From a virus (Duplodnaviria; Caudoviricetes): 62,341 nucleotides of DNA. The number at the start of each line of letters is the position of its first letter. The first letter of the stretch is position 1. Positions 1-9,799 of this stretch are shown here, one piece after another. The notes under the pieces are model-generated. The model worked only from the letters and a program-made list of their open reading frames with translations, had not been told where the DNA came from and made no database searches. Location of the stretch: IMG/VR virus record IMGVR_UViG_3300042485_001404, positions 1-62,341 of that record, one strand, 5' to 3'. Position numbers and translations under genes: made by a program.

Positions 1-436
1 GACGTGGCTTTGATTAGTTATGTTATGTTTTAGAAATCAGCCAGAGAGATAACTGTAAACTAAGGTGAATCATTTTAAATGGAAACACAACAGAGAATGC
101 CCAAGTACAAGCTAATATGAATGTAGTATTTAACCTTTTAGGTGATGATACACAAGAAGAAGCTTCTTATGAAGCTGAAGTAGCTGTGGCAGCTTAGCCA
201 AAGATAAGCAGGTTAATACTCCCTTTTTCTATAGCTTAGGGTAAAAAACTATAGTGGTGGATGTCATACTGTTTACAGTTGACCCTATTTCTTGCACTGT
301 TACAGCAGAATTAAAAGATACAGTAACACCTTCTACATTTAGAATTTTAATAGAAGTAAAAGATTAAAATTCAAAAGCTGTATAAATTTCTAAGATTGAA
401 GTAATTAAGACCTGGGTTCGACTCCCAGCACCTCCA
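1..436 (+). ncRNA. ssrA: tmRNA (5' end cut by the window edge, about 6 nt missing)
   Basis: 3' end GACCTGGGTTCGACTCCCAG-CACCTCC-A forms a T-arm, an acceptor strand with U70 and discriminator A. Helix 2 pairings are visible: TTAGTTAT near the 5' end with GTAATTAA (401-408), TTTTAGAAAT with ATTTCTAAGA, CAGC with GCTG. An internal tag frame ends ...VAVAA-TAG at 197. Confidence 0.93.
81..197 (+). other. tmRNA tag reading frame, GNTTENAQVQANMNVVFNLLGDDTQEEASYEAEVAVAA*
   Basis: Open frame after the TAAAT|GGA resume context, ending in the AA-stop typical of ssrA degrons. The resume codon is inferred. Confidence 0.75.
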
Positions 437-709
437 CTACAAACATTGTCAACATGGTTTCTCATATCTATTGTATCCAAAAAACAATAAAGCTCTTGAG
501 CTTGAATATTGTAAGTGAGCTAGTGGCAGACAGATTGTAGTACAGAAGTTTGGGTCAGAGTAATAGAAAGTGTTGGCTTCGCCTGATCTTTAATAAAACC
601 TCTCTGACTTTTAAATAACAAAGGTATTAACAAAACTAAACAGAACTTTAACTATGGAATAGGTTATTACCTTTACTATGAAGTAGTTAAAAAACTAAAT
701 CACATTATT

Positions 710-1348
710 ATGAACACAATTGCAAGCACACAGGAACAAAAAGTAAGAAAAGAAATCTCTAAAGCTCCTTTAGAAATTTCAAGAGTACATGCAACTAAAT
801 GGCAAAAAGAGGGGACTCTTACTGCAGAAATTAAACAGACTGTGACTACAAAGTCATTTTACCCATCAAAGTCTGTAAGTAACAATCTAAAAGATAATCC
901 TTTTAGTAGTGAAGAATTTGGGTTTACTGATACTGTATATTCTTCTGAAGAAAGAAGAGTTGCTTGGGTTGATGTACCTTTAGATTCAACTGTAGAATCT
1001 ATGCAAGCTAGATTAGCTTTACTTCCAGAAGCTACTATTTACAAAATATTAGCAAATAAACCAATTGTATCTGATAGTCAAGAGTATGCTATTTTAGCAG
1101 GATTAACAGATAGAGATACTATTGCTAATAGCCAAGTAGTGCGTTATGGAGAAGGAAGTGAAAAAGCAGGTCAAATGATTCTTAATAATGGTAAACCTCA
1201 GTACAAAGCAACTTTCTTTAAAAGACAAGTTAAAGAGGATGAAGATTTAAGAACTGCTGACCCAAGTGATTTTTATGCTACTGAAGCTATGAAAGTAGAA
1301 TTAGCAGGAATTACAACAACAATTTCTATACAACAAGAAGTTCTTTAA
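710..1348 (+). CDS. hypothetical phage protein
   Basis: 212-aa ORF with A-rich leader, followed by a terminator. Confidence 0.8.
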   Translation: MNTIASTQEQKVRKEISKAPLEISRVHATKWQKEGTLTAEIKQTVTTKSFYPSKSVSNNLKDNPFSSEEFGFTDTVYSSEERRVAWVDVPLDSTVESMQARLALLPEATIYKILANKPIVSDSQEYAILAGLTDRDTIANSQVVRYGEGSEKAGQMILNNGKPQYKATFFKRQVKEDEDLRTADPSDFYATEAMKVELAGITTTISIQQEVL

Positions 1349-1358
1349 TTTATTAACC

Positions 1359-1401
1359 AAAAGAAAGAGTGAGGATTTTTCCTTGCTTTTTCTTTTTTTT
1401 T
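1359..1401 (+). terminator. intrinsic terminator
   Basis: Hairpin AAGAAAGAGTGAGGA / TCCTTGCTTTTTCTT followed by a T tract. Confidence 0.75.
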
Positions 1402-1409
1402 ATTAGTGT

Positions 1410-2687
1410 ATGCCAATGAGTAATTTAACAAATCACCAAAAAGAAAAGTTTAATGAGGTTGTATCCTACATAAACAACAGAGAGAAAAGAATCCTATTAA
1501 AAGGGTCCGCAGGAGTAGGTAAAACTTGGTTAGTACACAGTATAGTAAAGCATTTAGCCAACATTACATTACCCAAAAAAGTATTGTGTTCAGCTCCAAC
1601 ACACAAGGCATTGTCTGTAATCCGTACTAAAGTAAATGTAGATGATATTAAATTTACTACCATTCACAGTACATTACAATATAAGAGTATCACTGATAAG
1701 AAAACAGGAGAGAGAGTATTTATTTCTAGTCCTAATCCAAATTGGCTACCTCTTAACAATATTGATTATTGGATTATTGATGAAGCTTCTATGGTAGATT
1801 CTGATATGGTAAAATACATTGAAGATTATGCTACAAAGCAAAAAACTACAGTCATTTTTGTAGGAGATTCAAAACAGATTAACCCTGTTGGAGAAGATGA
1901 TAGTCCTATATTTCATCAAGACTATGCAGAAGTAGAATTGACTGAAATCATTAGACAAGGTAAAGGAAACCCTATCATTACTCTTAGTAGAAATGTATCT
2001 ACTATTTGGGATAAGACTTTCAATCTACAAAGTGAAACTGAAGGTAAAGAATTAGGTTATTTGTACACTGAAAATTTAGCTAAAATTATTGAAGAATTAG
2101 CTAGAGTCAATGGTACAGATGAATTTAAGTACTTAGCTTGGACTAATAAAGAAGTAGATAAAGTCAACTATTTAGTAAGAAGAAGAATCTATGGAGATTA
2201 CCCAAGTCAAATTGAATTAGATGAAACTATTGTATTTGATGGACCTTATGGTGATTATAACACCAATGAAGTTGTAAAAGTAGAAGAATTGGTAAAAGAA
2301 ACTATAACTCTGCCTTTAACTATAAAAGACCAAGTCAAAGAAAAGGTAACAGAAGAAGTAAAGTTTGTAGTGTATAGAATTAATAGAAATATTTTAGTCT
2401 TAGCTGATGAGTCAATGCCAACATTTAAAAGGTATGCAGCAGTTATGAACAAAAATTGTAAAGAAAAGCTATTATCTTTTGAAAAAAGGAATGCTTTTAT
2501 AGATATTTTTGCCAAGATTAAATACAACCACGCACTTACAGTTCATAAGAGCCAAGGGTCTACTTATAAAACAGTAGCACTAAATGTCAAAGACATCAGT
2601 TTCAATCCAAATGAAAAAGAAAAACAAAGGTTATTCTACACAGGAATAACAAGAGCAAGTGATTTATTAATTTTATATAATGTTTAG
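1410..2687 (+). CDS. SF1 helicase, Dda/RecD-like
   Basis: GSAGVGKT Walker A, SAPTHKA, IIDEASM, GDSKQI, HKSQGSTY, YTGITRA motifs. Confidence 0.92.
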   Translation: MPMSNLTNHQKEKFNEVVSYINNREKRILLKGSAGVGKTWLVHSIVKHLANITLPKKVLCSAPTHKALSVIRTKVNVDDIKFTTIHSTLQYKSITDKKTGERVFISSPNPNWLPLNNIDYWIIDEASMVDSDMVKYIEDYATKQKTTVIFVGDSKQINPVGEDDSPIFHQDYAEVELTEIIRQGKGNPIITLSRNVSTIWDKTFNLQSETEGKELGYLYTENLAKIIEELARVNGTDEFKYLAWTNKEVDKVNYLVRRRIYGDYPSQIELDETIVFDGPYGDYNTNEVVKVEELVKETITLPLTIKDQVKEKVTEEVKFVVYRINRNILVLADESMPTFKRYAAVMNKNCKEKLLSFEKRNAFIDIFAKIKYNHALTVHKSQGSTYKTVALNVKDISFNPNEKEKQRLFYTGITRASDLLILYNV

Positions 2688-2689
2688 TT

Positions 2690-2989
2690 ATGGGTACTAA
2701 AAAAGTGTTAACCCCTTTTATAGGGTATTTTGAGAAAATGTCTTCAGTAGAAGCAATTGTTATTGATGGTGTAACCAATAAAACAAGAGCAATTGTCACT
2801 GTAGTAACTATTGATGGACAAAGAGCTTTCTTTGAAGTTAGAGATGCTGTCATTGCAAGAATTATCAAACTAGGCATAAGACCTGGAGATGAAGTTGAAA
2901 TTGGTTTTGTCTTTATTGGTTCTGAAAAGAATAATAGAACTTACAACAATCTGTATATAAATAGAATAGACTATGCAAGCACTAAGTAA
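2690..2989 (+). CDS. small OB-fold protein, DUF3127-like putative ssDNA-binding protein
   Basis: GDEVEIGF-x-GSE-x-YNNL-x-RI pattern resembles DUF3127. Confidence 0.55.
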   Translation: MGTKKVLTPFIGYFEKMSSVEAIVIDGVTNKTRAIVTVVTIDGQRAFFEVRDAVIARIIKLGIRPGDEVEIGFVFIGSEKNNRTYNNLYINRIDYASTK

Positions 2990-3443
2990 AGAACAGCTTA
3001 AAAGATTAGAGGAAGATGCTAATCTTCAGTTCATTGTGTTGTTGACTATTATTATTCAAAAGATAGAATTTCTTGAAGAAAGAGGTTATATCTATGGTAA
3101 CATAAAGTCTTTCATTAAGAATAGTAAAACTAAATATGAAAGTTTCATAAACAAAGTATTTTCTTTTCAAGATGAAGTAGAAGGTAATGATGCTACTCAA
3201 GCTACCAACAAATTACTTGTAATGCAAGAAAGAGTAGAGTTAGCCTTAGAGAATCAATACATACTTACTGTAGATGAGAGAAGAAGAAAAGCTAGAAAGA
3301 TTCTAAAGAGAATGTTCTTAGAACAATACAAAGTAATGGGATTACATAAATCTATGACACCACAACTTCTTAATCAAATGAGAAGAAATACTGTTAAAGA
3401 AACTCTAGAAGAAATGAAATACCAAAACTTATTTAACTTTTAA
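2973..3443 (+). CDS. hypothetical protein
   Basis: 156-aa ORF packed between its neighbours. Confidence 0.7.
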   Translation: MQALSKEQLKRLEEDANLQFIVLLTIIIQKIEFLEERGYIYGNIKSFIKNSKTKYESFINKVFSFQDEVEGNDATQATNKLLVMQERVELALENQYILTVDERRRKARKILKRMFLEQYKVMGLHKSMTPQLLNQMRRNTVKETLEEMKYQNLFNF

Positions 3444-3445
3444 AG

Positions 3446-5332
3446 ATGAGATATACCATATTTGATATTGAAACTGATGGGCTTTTAGACCAATTAACTA
3501 AAATGCACTGTTTATGTGCTGCTATCTATGAAGACAATGTTCTTATAGAAGAGGTTACCATCACTTCTTTTGAAGAATTGGTACCATTTTTAGAAAGACA
3601 AAAGATTCTTGTAGGTCACAATGTTGTTAGATATGATTTTCCTGCTATTAAAAAGCTAACAGGCTATAGACATAAAGGTGTTATAATAGACACTTTGGCT
3701 CTTTCTTGGTATCTATACCCAGAAAGAAAAGAACATGGCTTAGAATCTTGGGGAGACACTGTAGGCATAGCTAAACCTGAAATTAAAGATTGGGAAAACC
3801 TTTCTTTAGCAGACTATGTACACAGATGTTCTACAGATGTTGTAATAAATTCTATTGTATTTGGAAACTTTATCAATTATCTTAAAGATATATATGCTGG
3901 AGAATCTATAGAAAGGATTATGCATTATCTGACTTGGAAACTAGATTGTGCAGCAGAACAAGAAGAATATCCTTTGTCTATTGACAGAGAATATTGTAAA
4001 AGAACTCTATCTACTTTAAATAACTTTGTAGAAGAAAGGAAGTTAGCTTTGAAATTAGCTATGCCAAGACAAATTAAATATCTTGAAAAAGGTAAGCCAA
4101 GTAAAATGCTTACTGTTAAAGGAGAACTTACTAAAGCAGGTATAGCATGGTTAGAATTATTAGCTGACAATGATTTAGAAGCTGATTTTGAAGGTAGTAT
4201 TTCTATAATCAAATCTTCTGAAGAACCTAATCCTACTTCTATATCTCAACTTAAAGAGTGGTTATTTAGTTTAGGATGGCAACCCACTATATTTAAGCAT
4301 GTTCCTAATAAGGCAGGAGAAGTTAGAGCCATACCTCAACTACAAGATAATGATAAGAGATTGTGTGCTAATATTACAGTACTATCTGAAACATATCCTG
4401 TACTTGAAAACCTTAAAGGTTTGTTTATGCTTCAACATAGAGTAGGTGTATTGGAAGGATTCTTAGAGTGTTCTAATGAAGAAGGTAAGATGGCAGCATC
4501 TATTGCAGGATTTACTAATACTCTTAGATTTAAACATAAGAAACCAATTGCCAATCTTCCTTCAGTGGACAAGCCTTATGGCAAGGAGATTAGAGGTGCT
4601 ATTATTGCTCCTGATGATGCTCATTTATTTTGTGGTTCTGATATGTCTTCTCTTGAAGATAGTACCAAGCAACACTATATGTATTTCTATGACCCTGAGT
4701 ATGTGACTCAAATGAGAGTGCCAGGATTTGATCCTCATCTTGATATTGCAGTTCTTTCAGGTATGCTTACAGCAGAGCAAGTTGAAGACCATAAGCTTTA
4801 TGATAATTCAGGAGGTAAAGAAGGAACTTCTTATAAGAAAATTAGATCTAAAGCTAAGGTAATTAACTTTTCAGGTATTTATGGAGCAGGACCACCTAAG
4901 ATTGCATTAACTACAGGTATGTCTTTAGCAGAAGCCACAGCACTACACAAAACCTATTGGGAAAGAAACAAGGCTGTAAAACAGATAGCCAAAGACTGTG
5001 TAGTAAAATCTATAGGTAAACAAATGTGGTTGTATAATCCAGTAAGTAGATTTTGGTATTCTTTGAGAACAGACAAAGATAGGTTCTCAACACTTAATCA
5101 AGGTACAGGAGTATATTGCTTTGACACCCATGTTAGAAATGTAAGAATACAAGGCATCAAAATAAGTCTACAATACCATGATGAAATTGGTTTTGTATTT
5201 CTTAAACCACAAGAACAAGAAGTAAAAGATAAACTTAACACAGCTATAGTAATTACTAATGATATATTGAAACTCAATGTACCATTAGGAATAAGTATAG
5301 ATATAGGAAAAAATTATGCAGAATCTCATTAG
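3446..5332 (+). CDS. polA: family A DNA polymerase with 3'-5' exonuclease
   Basis: DIETDG (ExoI), GHNVVRYD (ExoII), GSDMSSLE (motif A), RSKAKVINFSGIYG (motif B, Phe at the E. coli 762-equivalent position), YHDEI (motif C). Confidence 0.95.
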   Translation: MRYTIFDIETDGLLDQLTKMHCLCAAIYEDNVLIEEVTITSFEELVPFLERQKILVGHNVVRYDFPAIKKLTGYRHKGVIIDTLALSWYLYPERKEHGLESWGDTVGIAKPEIKDWENLSLADYVHRCSTDVVINSIVFGNFINYLKDIYAGESIERIMHYLTWKLDCAAEQEEYPLSIDREYCKRTLSTLNNFVEERKLALKLAMPRQIKYLEKGKPSKMLTVKGELTKAGIAWLELLADNDLEADFEGSISIIKSSEEPNPTSISQLKEWLFSLGWQPTIFKHVPNKAGEVRAIPQLQDNDKRLCANITVLSETYPVLENLKGLFMLQHRVGVLEGFLECSNEEGKMAASIAGFTNTLRFKHKKPIANLPSVDKPYGKEIRGAIIAPDDAHLFCGSDMSSLEDSTKQHYMYFYDPEYVTQMRVPGFDPHLDIAVLSGMLTAEQVEDHKLYDNSGGKEGTSYKKIRSKAKVINFSGIYGAGPPKIALTTGMSLAEATALHKTYWERNKAVKQIAKDCVVKSIGKQMWLYNPVSRFWYSLRTDKDRFSTLNQGTGVYCFDTHVRNVRIQGIKISLQYHDEIGFVFLKPQEQEVKDKLNTAIVITNDILKLNVPLGISIDIGKNYAESH

Positions 5333-5570
5333 TTACAAAGACATATTTTCTTTTGATATTCAAACTCCTATTGCTGTTTTTGAAGAAAAGCCTAGAAAAG
5401 AATTAGCAAAAGAATGTTATGATTTAGGAGTTATCCCTATTGTCTATATAAAAGACAAAACTCACCCATTATTTGTTAGATTAAACAATGAGTTTAAAAA
5501 TAGAGGAATAAAACAAGATTTAAAATTAATTATTCTTTCAATAGAATATACTAAAGAGTTTTTATCATGA
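5316..5570 (+). CDS. hypothetical protein
   Basis: 84-aa ORF overlapping both neighbours. Confidence 0.6.
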   Translation: MQNLISYKDIFSFDIQTPIAVFEEKPRKELAKECYDLGVIPIVYIKDKTHPLFVRLNNEFKNRGIKQDLKLIILSIEYTKEFLS

Positions 5571-6835
5571 GAAAGTATTTTAAAGAGTTAGAGGCACTTT
5601 TCAAAAGCCAAGATTCAATCTTAACCTATATTGATAAAATAGAGGCTATAAGAGAAGGTATTACAAAACCTGAAGAAGTTACTCAATTTGTAAATTTGAT
5701 TAGGGAGAAGGTCCAAGCTGAAGCTATACAAGCAGTTATTGCTAATGATGGTGGAATGATAGCTATGGCAACAGGTTCAGGTAAGTCAAGAGTAGCAGTA
5801 GAGTTAGCTAAATACTACTTTGACCCTAAAAATGATTATCATGCAGCTCTTTTAGTACCTACTGAAAAGCTAAGAGATGAGAATTGGAAAGAAGAATTTG
5901 AAAAGTGGGAAGCAAGAAATATATGGAAACATACTGAAAGACTTTGTTATGCTTCTGCATCTAAGATTAAAGGTATGGAAGTTCCTATAGCTATTCTTGA
6001 TGAAGGTCACAACATTACTGAATTAGGTGTTTCTTTCTTTATGAACAATAATGTTCAGAGAGTAGTATTACTTACTGCAACTCCTCCTACTGATATAGTT
6101 AAAAAGCAAATTTTATCTGACTTAGATATTAAACTTGTCTATGAACTTACTTTAGACCAAGCTGTAAGATTAGGCTTTGTAGCACCATATAAGATAACTG
6201 TAATTACAGTGCCTTTGGACAATGTTACAAAAAATATTACTGGTGGGACTAAAGCTAATCCTTTTATGACTACTGAATCTGCTACTTACTCCTATTGGAA
6301 TAAAAGAGTTCAGTCTTGTATGGGAGACCAAAGTGTAGTAGGAAGATCTAAAATGAAATTTGCAATTTTAGGTAGAATGCAATTCATCTATAAGATACCT
6401 TCTAAAACTGCAGTAATAAAGTTCTTACTTGACAAAGTAATACCTAAAACAGACAGAACTATTATCTTTTGTGGTAATATAGAACAAGCTGAAGAAGTTT
6501 GTCCTACATTCTACCATTCTAAATCAGGTAGTGCTTCTTATGATGCATTTAAAGCAGAGCAAATCAATAGATTATCCTGTGTTAAAGCAATCAATGAGGG
6601 ACATAACTTCCCTGGTGTAGATTCAGGAGTAATAGGACAGTTAAATTCTAAAGAGAAAGATTTGGTACAAAGAATTGGTAGATTGATTAGGTTTAGACCT
6701 GGCCATGAAGCTCATTTGTATATTGTAATCTCTGAATCAACTCAAGATGAGAAATGGCTAGAAACAGCTATTGAGAACTTAGATCAATCTAAGATAGAAC
6801 ATGTAAGATTTACTAATTTTAAAACAAGATTTTAA
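5567..6835 (+). CDS. SF2 (DExH) helicase
   Basis: ATGSGKS, LDEGH, LTATP and QRIGRLIR motifs. Confidence 0.9.
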   Translation: MRKYFKELEALFKSQDSILTYIDKIEAIREGITKPEEVTQFVNLIREKVQAEAIQAVIANDGGMIAMATGSGKSRVAVELAKYYFDPKNDYHAALLVPTEKLRDENWKEEFEKWEARNIWKHTERLCYASASKIKGMEVPIAILDEGHNITELGVSFFMNNNVQRVVLLTATPPTDIVKKQILSDLDIKLVYELTLDQAVRLGFVAPYKITVITVPLDNVTKNITGGTKANPFMTTESATYSYWNKRVQSCMGDQSVVGRSKMKFAILGRMQFIYKIPSKTAVIKFLLDKVIPKTDRTIIFCGNIEQAEEVCPTFYHSKSGSASYDAFKAEQINRLSCVKAINEGHNFPGVDSGVIGQLNSKEKDLVQRIGRLIRFRPGHEAHLYIVISESTQDEKWLETAIENLDQSKIEHVRFTNFKTRF

Positions 6836-6836
6836 T

Positions 6837-7379
6837 ATGAACATAAATCCACAAATTAGAGCTGTATTAGAGCAATTTAATATACCTGTAAATGATGCAA
6901 TAGCTTATCTTTTGTCAATACATTTTAATTGTAGACCTTCTTATACTCCACCACTATTAGTTCAAAGAATTAATGTTACAAACATTCTTGGTATTGATTC
7001 TAATAGAGAAGTGGTTTGGCATATTCCTTTATTTGAAGGAGATAGTCAGACTAAATGGGATTGGGTTAAAGAATGGAATGCAGGATTTGGACTTATCAAT
7101 AAAAAGAGAAAGGCTCCAGACAAAGATTGTATTACAAGAATGAAAGCTTTCTTTGCAGATAATCCTGATGTAAGAAAAGAAGAGATATATGGAGCAACTA
7201 AGATGTATATAAATACATTGACAAATGCAGAGTATTTAACTTCTTCTCATTACTTTATATCTAAGGGTGTAGGTAGAGACAGAACATCAGCACTTGAAGG
7301 TTGGGTAGAAAAGTATAGAGAGGCAATAGCCAATACTTCTATCAATGACAGTGTTGATATAACTTCAAGGATGCAATAA
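6837..7379 (+). CDS. hypothetical replication-module protein
   Basis: 180-aa ORF coupled to the DnaB-like gene (TAATG junction). Confidence 0.7.
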   Translation: MNINPQIRAVLEQFNIPVNDAIAYLLSIHFNCRPSYTPPLLVQRINVTNILGIDSNREVVWHIPLFEGDSQTKWDWVKEWNAGFGLINKKRKAPDKDCITRMKAFFADNPDVRKEEIYGATKMYINTLTNAEYLTSSHYFISKGVGRDRTSALEGWVEKYREAIANTSINDSVDITSRMQ

Positions 7380-8641
7380 TGAATTTTAGAGCAGCATTTG
7401 AAGCAGGTCAGAAAGGTAGTAATAAGGGTCTTCCTATGGGGGAAGGCTTAAAGACTATTTCACAGGCTATTAATGGAATCCAAAGAGGAAGAATTTACAC
7501 TGTTGGAGCTGCCCCAAAGGGAGGGAAGTCAACTTTTGTAGATGTAGGTTTTTGTATAGAACCTGCCATTTATGTATTGGACCATAATGCCAAAATTAAT
7601 GCTTCAATTGAAGCAATTGCCACTAAACTTGAAGAAACAACTGACCCTGAAACTAGAGACTCTCTTAATGTAGAGTATGAAAGGTTTAAGAGTCAGCTAA
7701 TTGATCTTGAGTTTATCTACAACTCTTATGAGATTGACAGAGTAAGTAAAGAATTTGATTTTGTTGCCCATTTTCTTAATTCAGATTATGGTGTTTACTT
7801 GATAACTTTACCTCCTGGAAAGACTTATAAAGAGAAAAATGTTGTATCTTTATCCTCCGCTTTTTTGAAGGGGGAATTAGAATATGACACTGCAACTCCT
7901 GATTCTCCTAAAGAAATTATTAAAGTTGCTGAAGATTTACTGAATATGATAAAAGTAATCTACAGAAACAGAATAATCCCTCTCTTTGGAGAATACAATG
8001 AAAAAGGAGAAAAAGTTTCTAAAGGTATTATTAAGTTCTTGGAAAACAAGGACAATCCTACTGGAGTCAGAAACTATCTTTTAGATTATGCTAGAGAAAA
8101 TGGTGAGTTTATGTACAAGACTACTGTTAAAGATGGAGTAACCTTTCAAAGAATGATAGGTTATAAACCAAGAAATCCTAACAAGTATGTCATAGTCATT
8201 ACTGACCACTTAAGAAAGCTATTACCTGAAAGAGGGTTTAAGATGAAAGAAACTGTAGATAAATTCTCAGAGTATGCTGTAGAGTTTAGAAACACTTGCA
8301 ATTTCACATTTGTTCATATTATCCACCTTAATAGAGCAGTTAGTGACATTGGAAGAAGGCAGTATGATGATGATAGATTGTTTCCACAATCTGATGATAT
8401 CAAAGAGACAGGTAACTTGAGTGAGGATAGTAACTATATCTTCACAATGTTTAATCCAAATGATGATAAGTTCAATCTTACTAAGCACTTTGGAACTCCT
8501 ATTAGGAGACCTGATAAATCTCTTTTGTATCCATTTATGAGAACTGTGCATTTAGTTGAATCTAGGCATTGTGTTTGTCCTCAACACTTTAGAGTCAACA
8601 TGTATGGGGATATTAAGAAATTTGAACCATTAACTATTTAA
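7379..8641 (+). CDS. DnaB-like replicative helicase
   Basis: GAAPKGGKST Walker A, ITDHL, HLNR, IKETGNLSED motifs of the RecA/DnaB family. Confidence 0.85.
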   Translation: MNFRAAFEAGQKGSNKGLPMGEGLKTISQAINGIQRGRIYTVGAAPKGGKSTFVDVGFCIEPAIYVLDHNAKINASIEAIATKLEETTDPETRDSLNVEYERFKSQLIDLEFIYNSYEIDRVSKEFDFVAHFLNSDYGVYLITLPPGKTYKEKNVVSLSSAFLKGELEYDTATPDSPKEIIKVAEDLLNMIKVIYRNRIIPLFGEYNEKGEKVSKGIIKFLENKDNPTGVRNYLLDYARENGEFMYKTTVKDGVTFQRMIGYKPRNPNKYVIVITDHLRKLLPERGFKMKETVDKFSEYAVEFRNTCNFTFVHIIHLNRAVSDIGRRQYDDDRLFPQSDDIKETGNLSEDSNYIFTMFNPNDDKFNLTKHFGTPIRRPDKSLLYPFMRTVHLVESRHCVCPQHFRVNMYGDIKKFEPLTI

Positions 8642-8650
8642 AGAAAAAGT

Positions 8651-9361
8651 ATGCCAAAAATTTTGGTTTTAGCCCCATCAGGCTTTGGAAAGTCCACAAG
8701 TATTGGACAAATTCCTGAATTAGGAATTAAAGGTTTAGTACCAGAAGAAACTTATTTAATCTCAGTAACTTCTAAGCCTCTTCCTTTTAGAGGAAGTGGA
8801 GCAGCATACCCAATAACTAAAATGCCTGATTTAAAGACAGGAAGAAGAGTTATTACTGATAATGCAAAAGACATTGAAGCAATTCTTTTAAACTTAGTAG
8901 ACAGTCCATTCAAGAACATTGTATGGGATGATTCAAACTATGTAATGCAGAATTGGTATATGGCTAATGCTTTAGCTAAAGGTTGGGATGCCCCTAAACA
9001 AATTGGTTTCTTTATGGGTAAAATATTTGATGCTATTGAGAAATTAGATGCATCAGGTAAAAACATCTTTATCTTAGCTCATGGAGAAAGTATTCCAGGT
9101 GCTGATGGTAGAATCTATATGAAGTACAAAGCTACAGGTAAGATGGTAGATGAGTATTTGACTGTAGAGGGTAAAGTAGATGTTACTCTTATTGGTATTA
9201 GTAGATATGATGCTACTGATAAGAAAGCTGTAAAAGAGTTCTTAACTAATGAGAATGAACAATTCTCTTCAGCTAAGTCTCCAGTAGGAATGTTTGATAA
9301 GCAATTTATACCTAATGACTTAGGTTATGTTGCAGACAAGATTGCAGAATATTATAATTAA
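8651..9361 (+). CDS. AAA_24 / Sak4-like ATPase
   Basis: APSGFGKST, VWDD, ILAH, GKMVD, SAKSPVGMF, IPNDL motifs. Confidence 0.82.
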   Translation: MPKILVLAPSGFGKSTSIGQIPELGIKGLVPEETYLISVTSKPLPFRGSGAAYPITKMPDLKTGRRVITDNAKDIEAILLNLVDSPFKNIVWDDSNYVMQNWYMANALAKGWDAPKQIGFFMGKIFDAIEKLDASGKNIFILAHGESIPGADGRIYMKYKATGKMVDEYLTVEGKVDVTLIGISRYDATDKKAVKEFLTNENEQFSSAKSPVGMFDKQFIPNDLGYVADKIAEYYN

Positions 9362-9378
9362 TCCTTAAATTTAAAGAT

Positions 9379-9774
9379 ATGTCACAGACAGAAAATGTTG
9401 CTGTAGCAACACCAACACAAGAAGTGTTAAAAATAACAATTAGTGCTGTATTGGATTTACTAGCTCAAGGTAAAAACAGAAAAGAAATTGCAGAATACTA
9501 TGGTAGAACTCAAACAGAAATGCAAAAAATTGTTTGGAGTCACCCAAAGTTGAAAGGTAGAAAAATCAAGAAACAATACACAGGTATTGAACTTGAAGAT
9601 GATACTGAAGAATTTGTAGCTGAAACTGAAGAAGTAGAAGTAGAAATAGAAGTAGAAGAAATGGAACAAGTACCTTCTGCTGAATATGTTCATACTCCTG
9701 CTCCAGAATTAGCAAATGCTTTTCCTACAGAAGAAACTAATGTAGAAACTCCAGCAACTTCAGACTGGAATTAA
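9379..9774 (+). CDS. hypothetical protein, HTH-like N-terminus and acidic tail
   Basis: LLAQGKNRKEIAEYYG segment; Glu-rich C-terminal half. Confidence 0.7.
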   Translation: MSQTENVAVATPTQEVLKITISAVLDLLAQGKNRKEIAEYYGRTQTEMQKIVWSHPKLKGRKIKKQYTGIELEDDTEEFVAETEEVEVEIEVEEMEQVPSAEYVHTPAPELANAFPTEETNVETPATSDWN

Positions 9775-9799
9775 TTAATTAATCTTTAAAACTTAAAAT

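Noticed and set aside
4476-4706. 76-aa alternate-frame ORF inside polA
   Set aside because: Fully nested in an uninterrupted polymerase gene; no evidence of an intron or separate gene.
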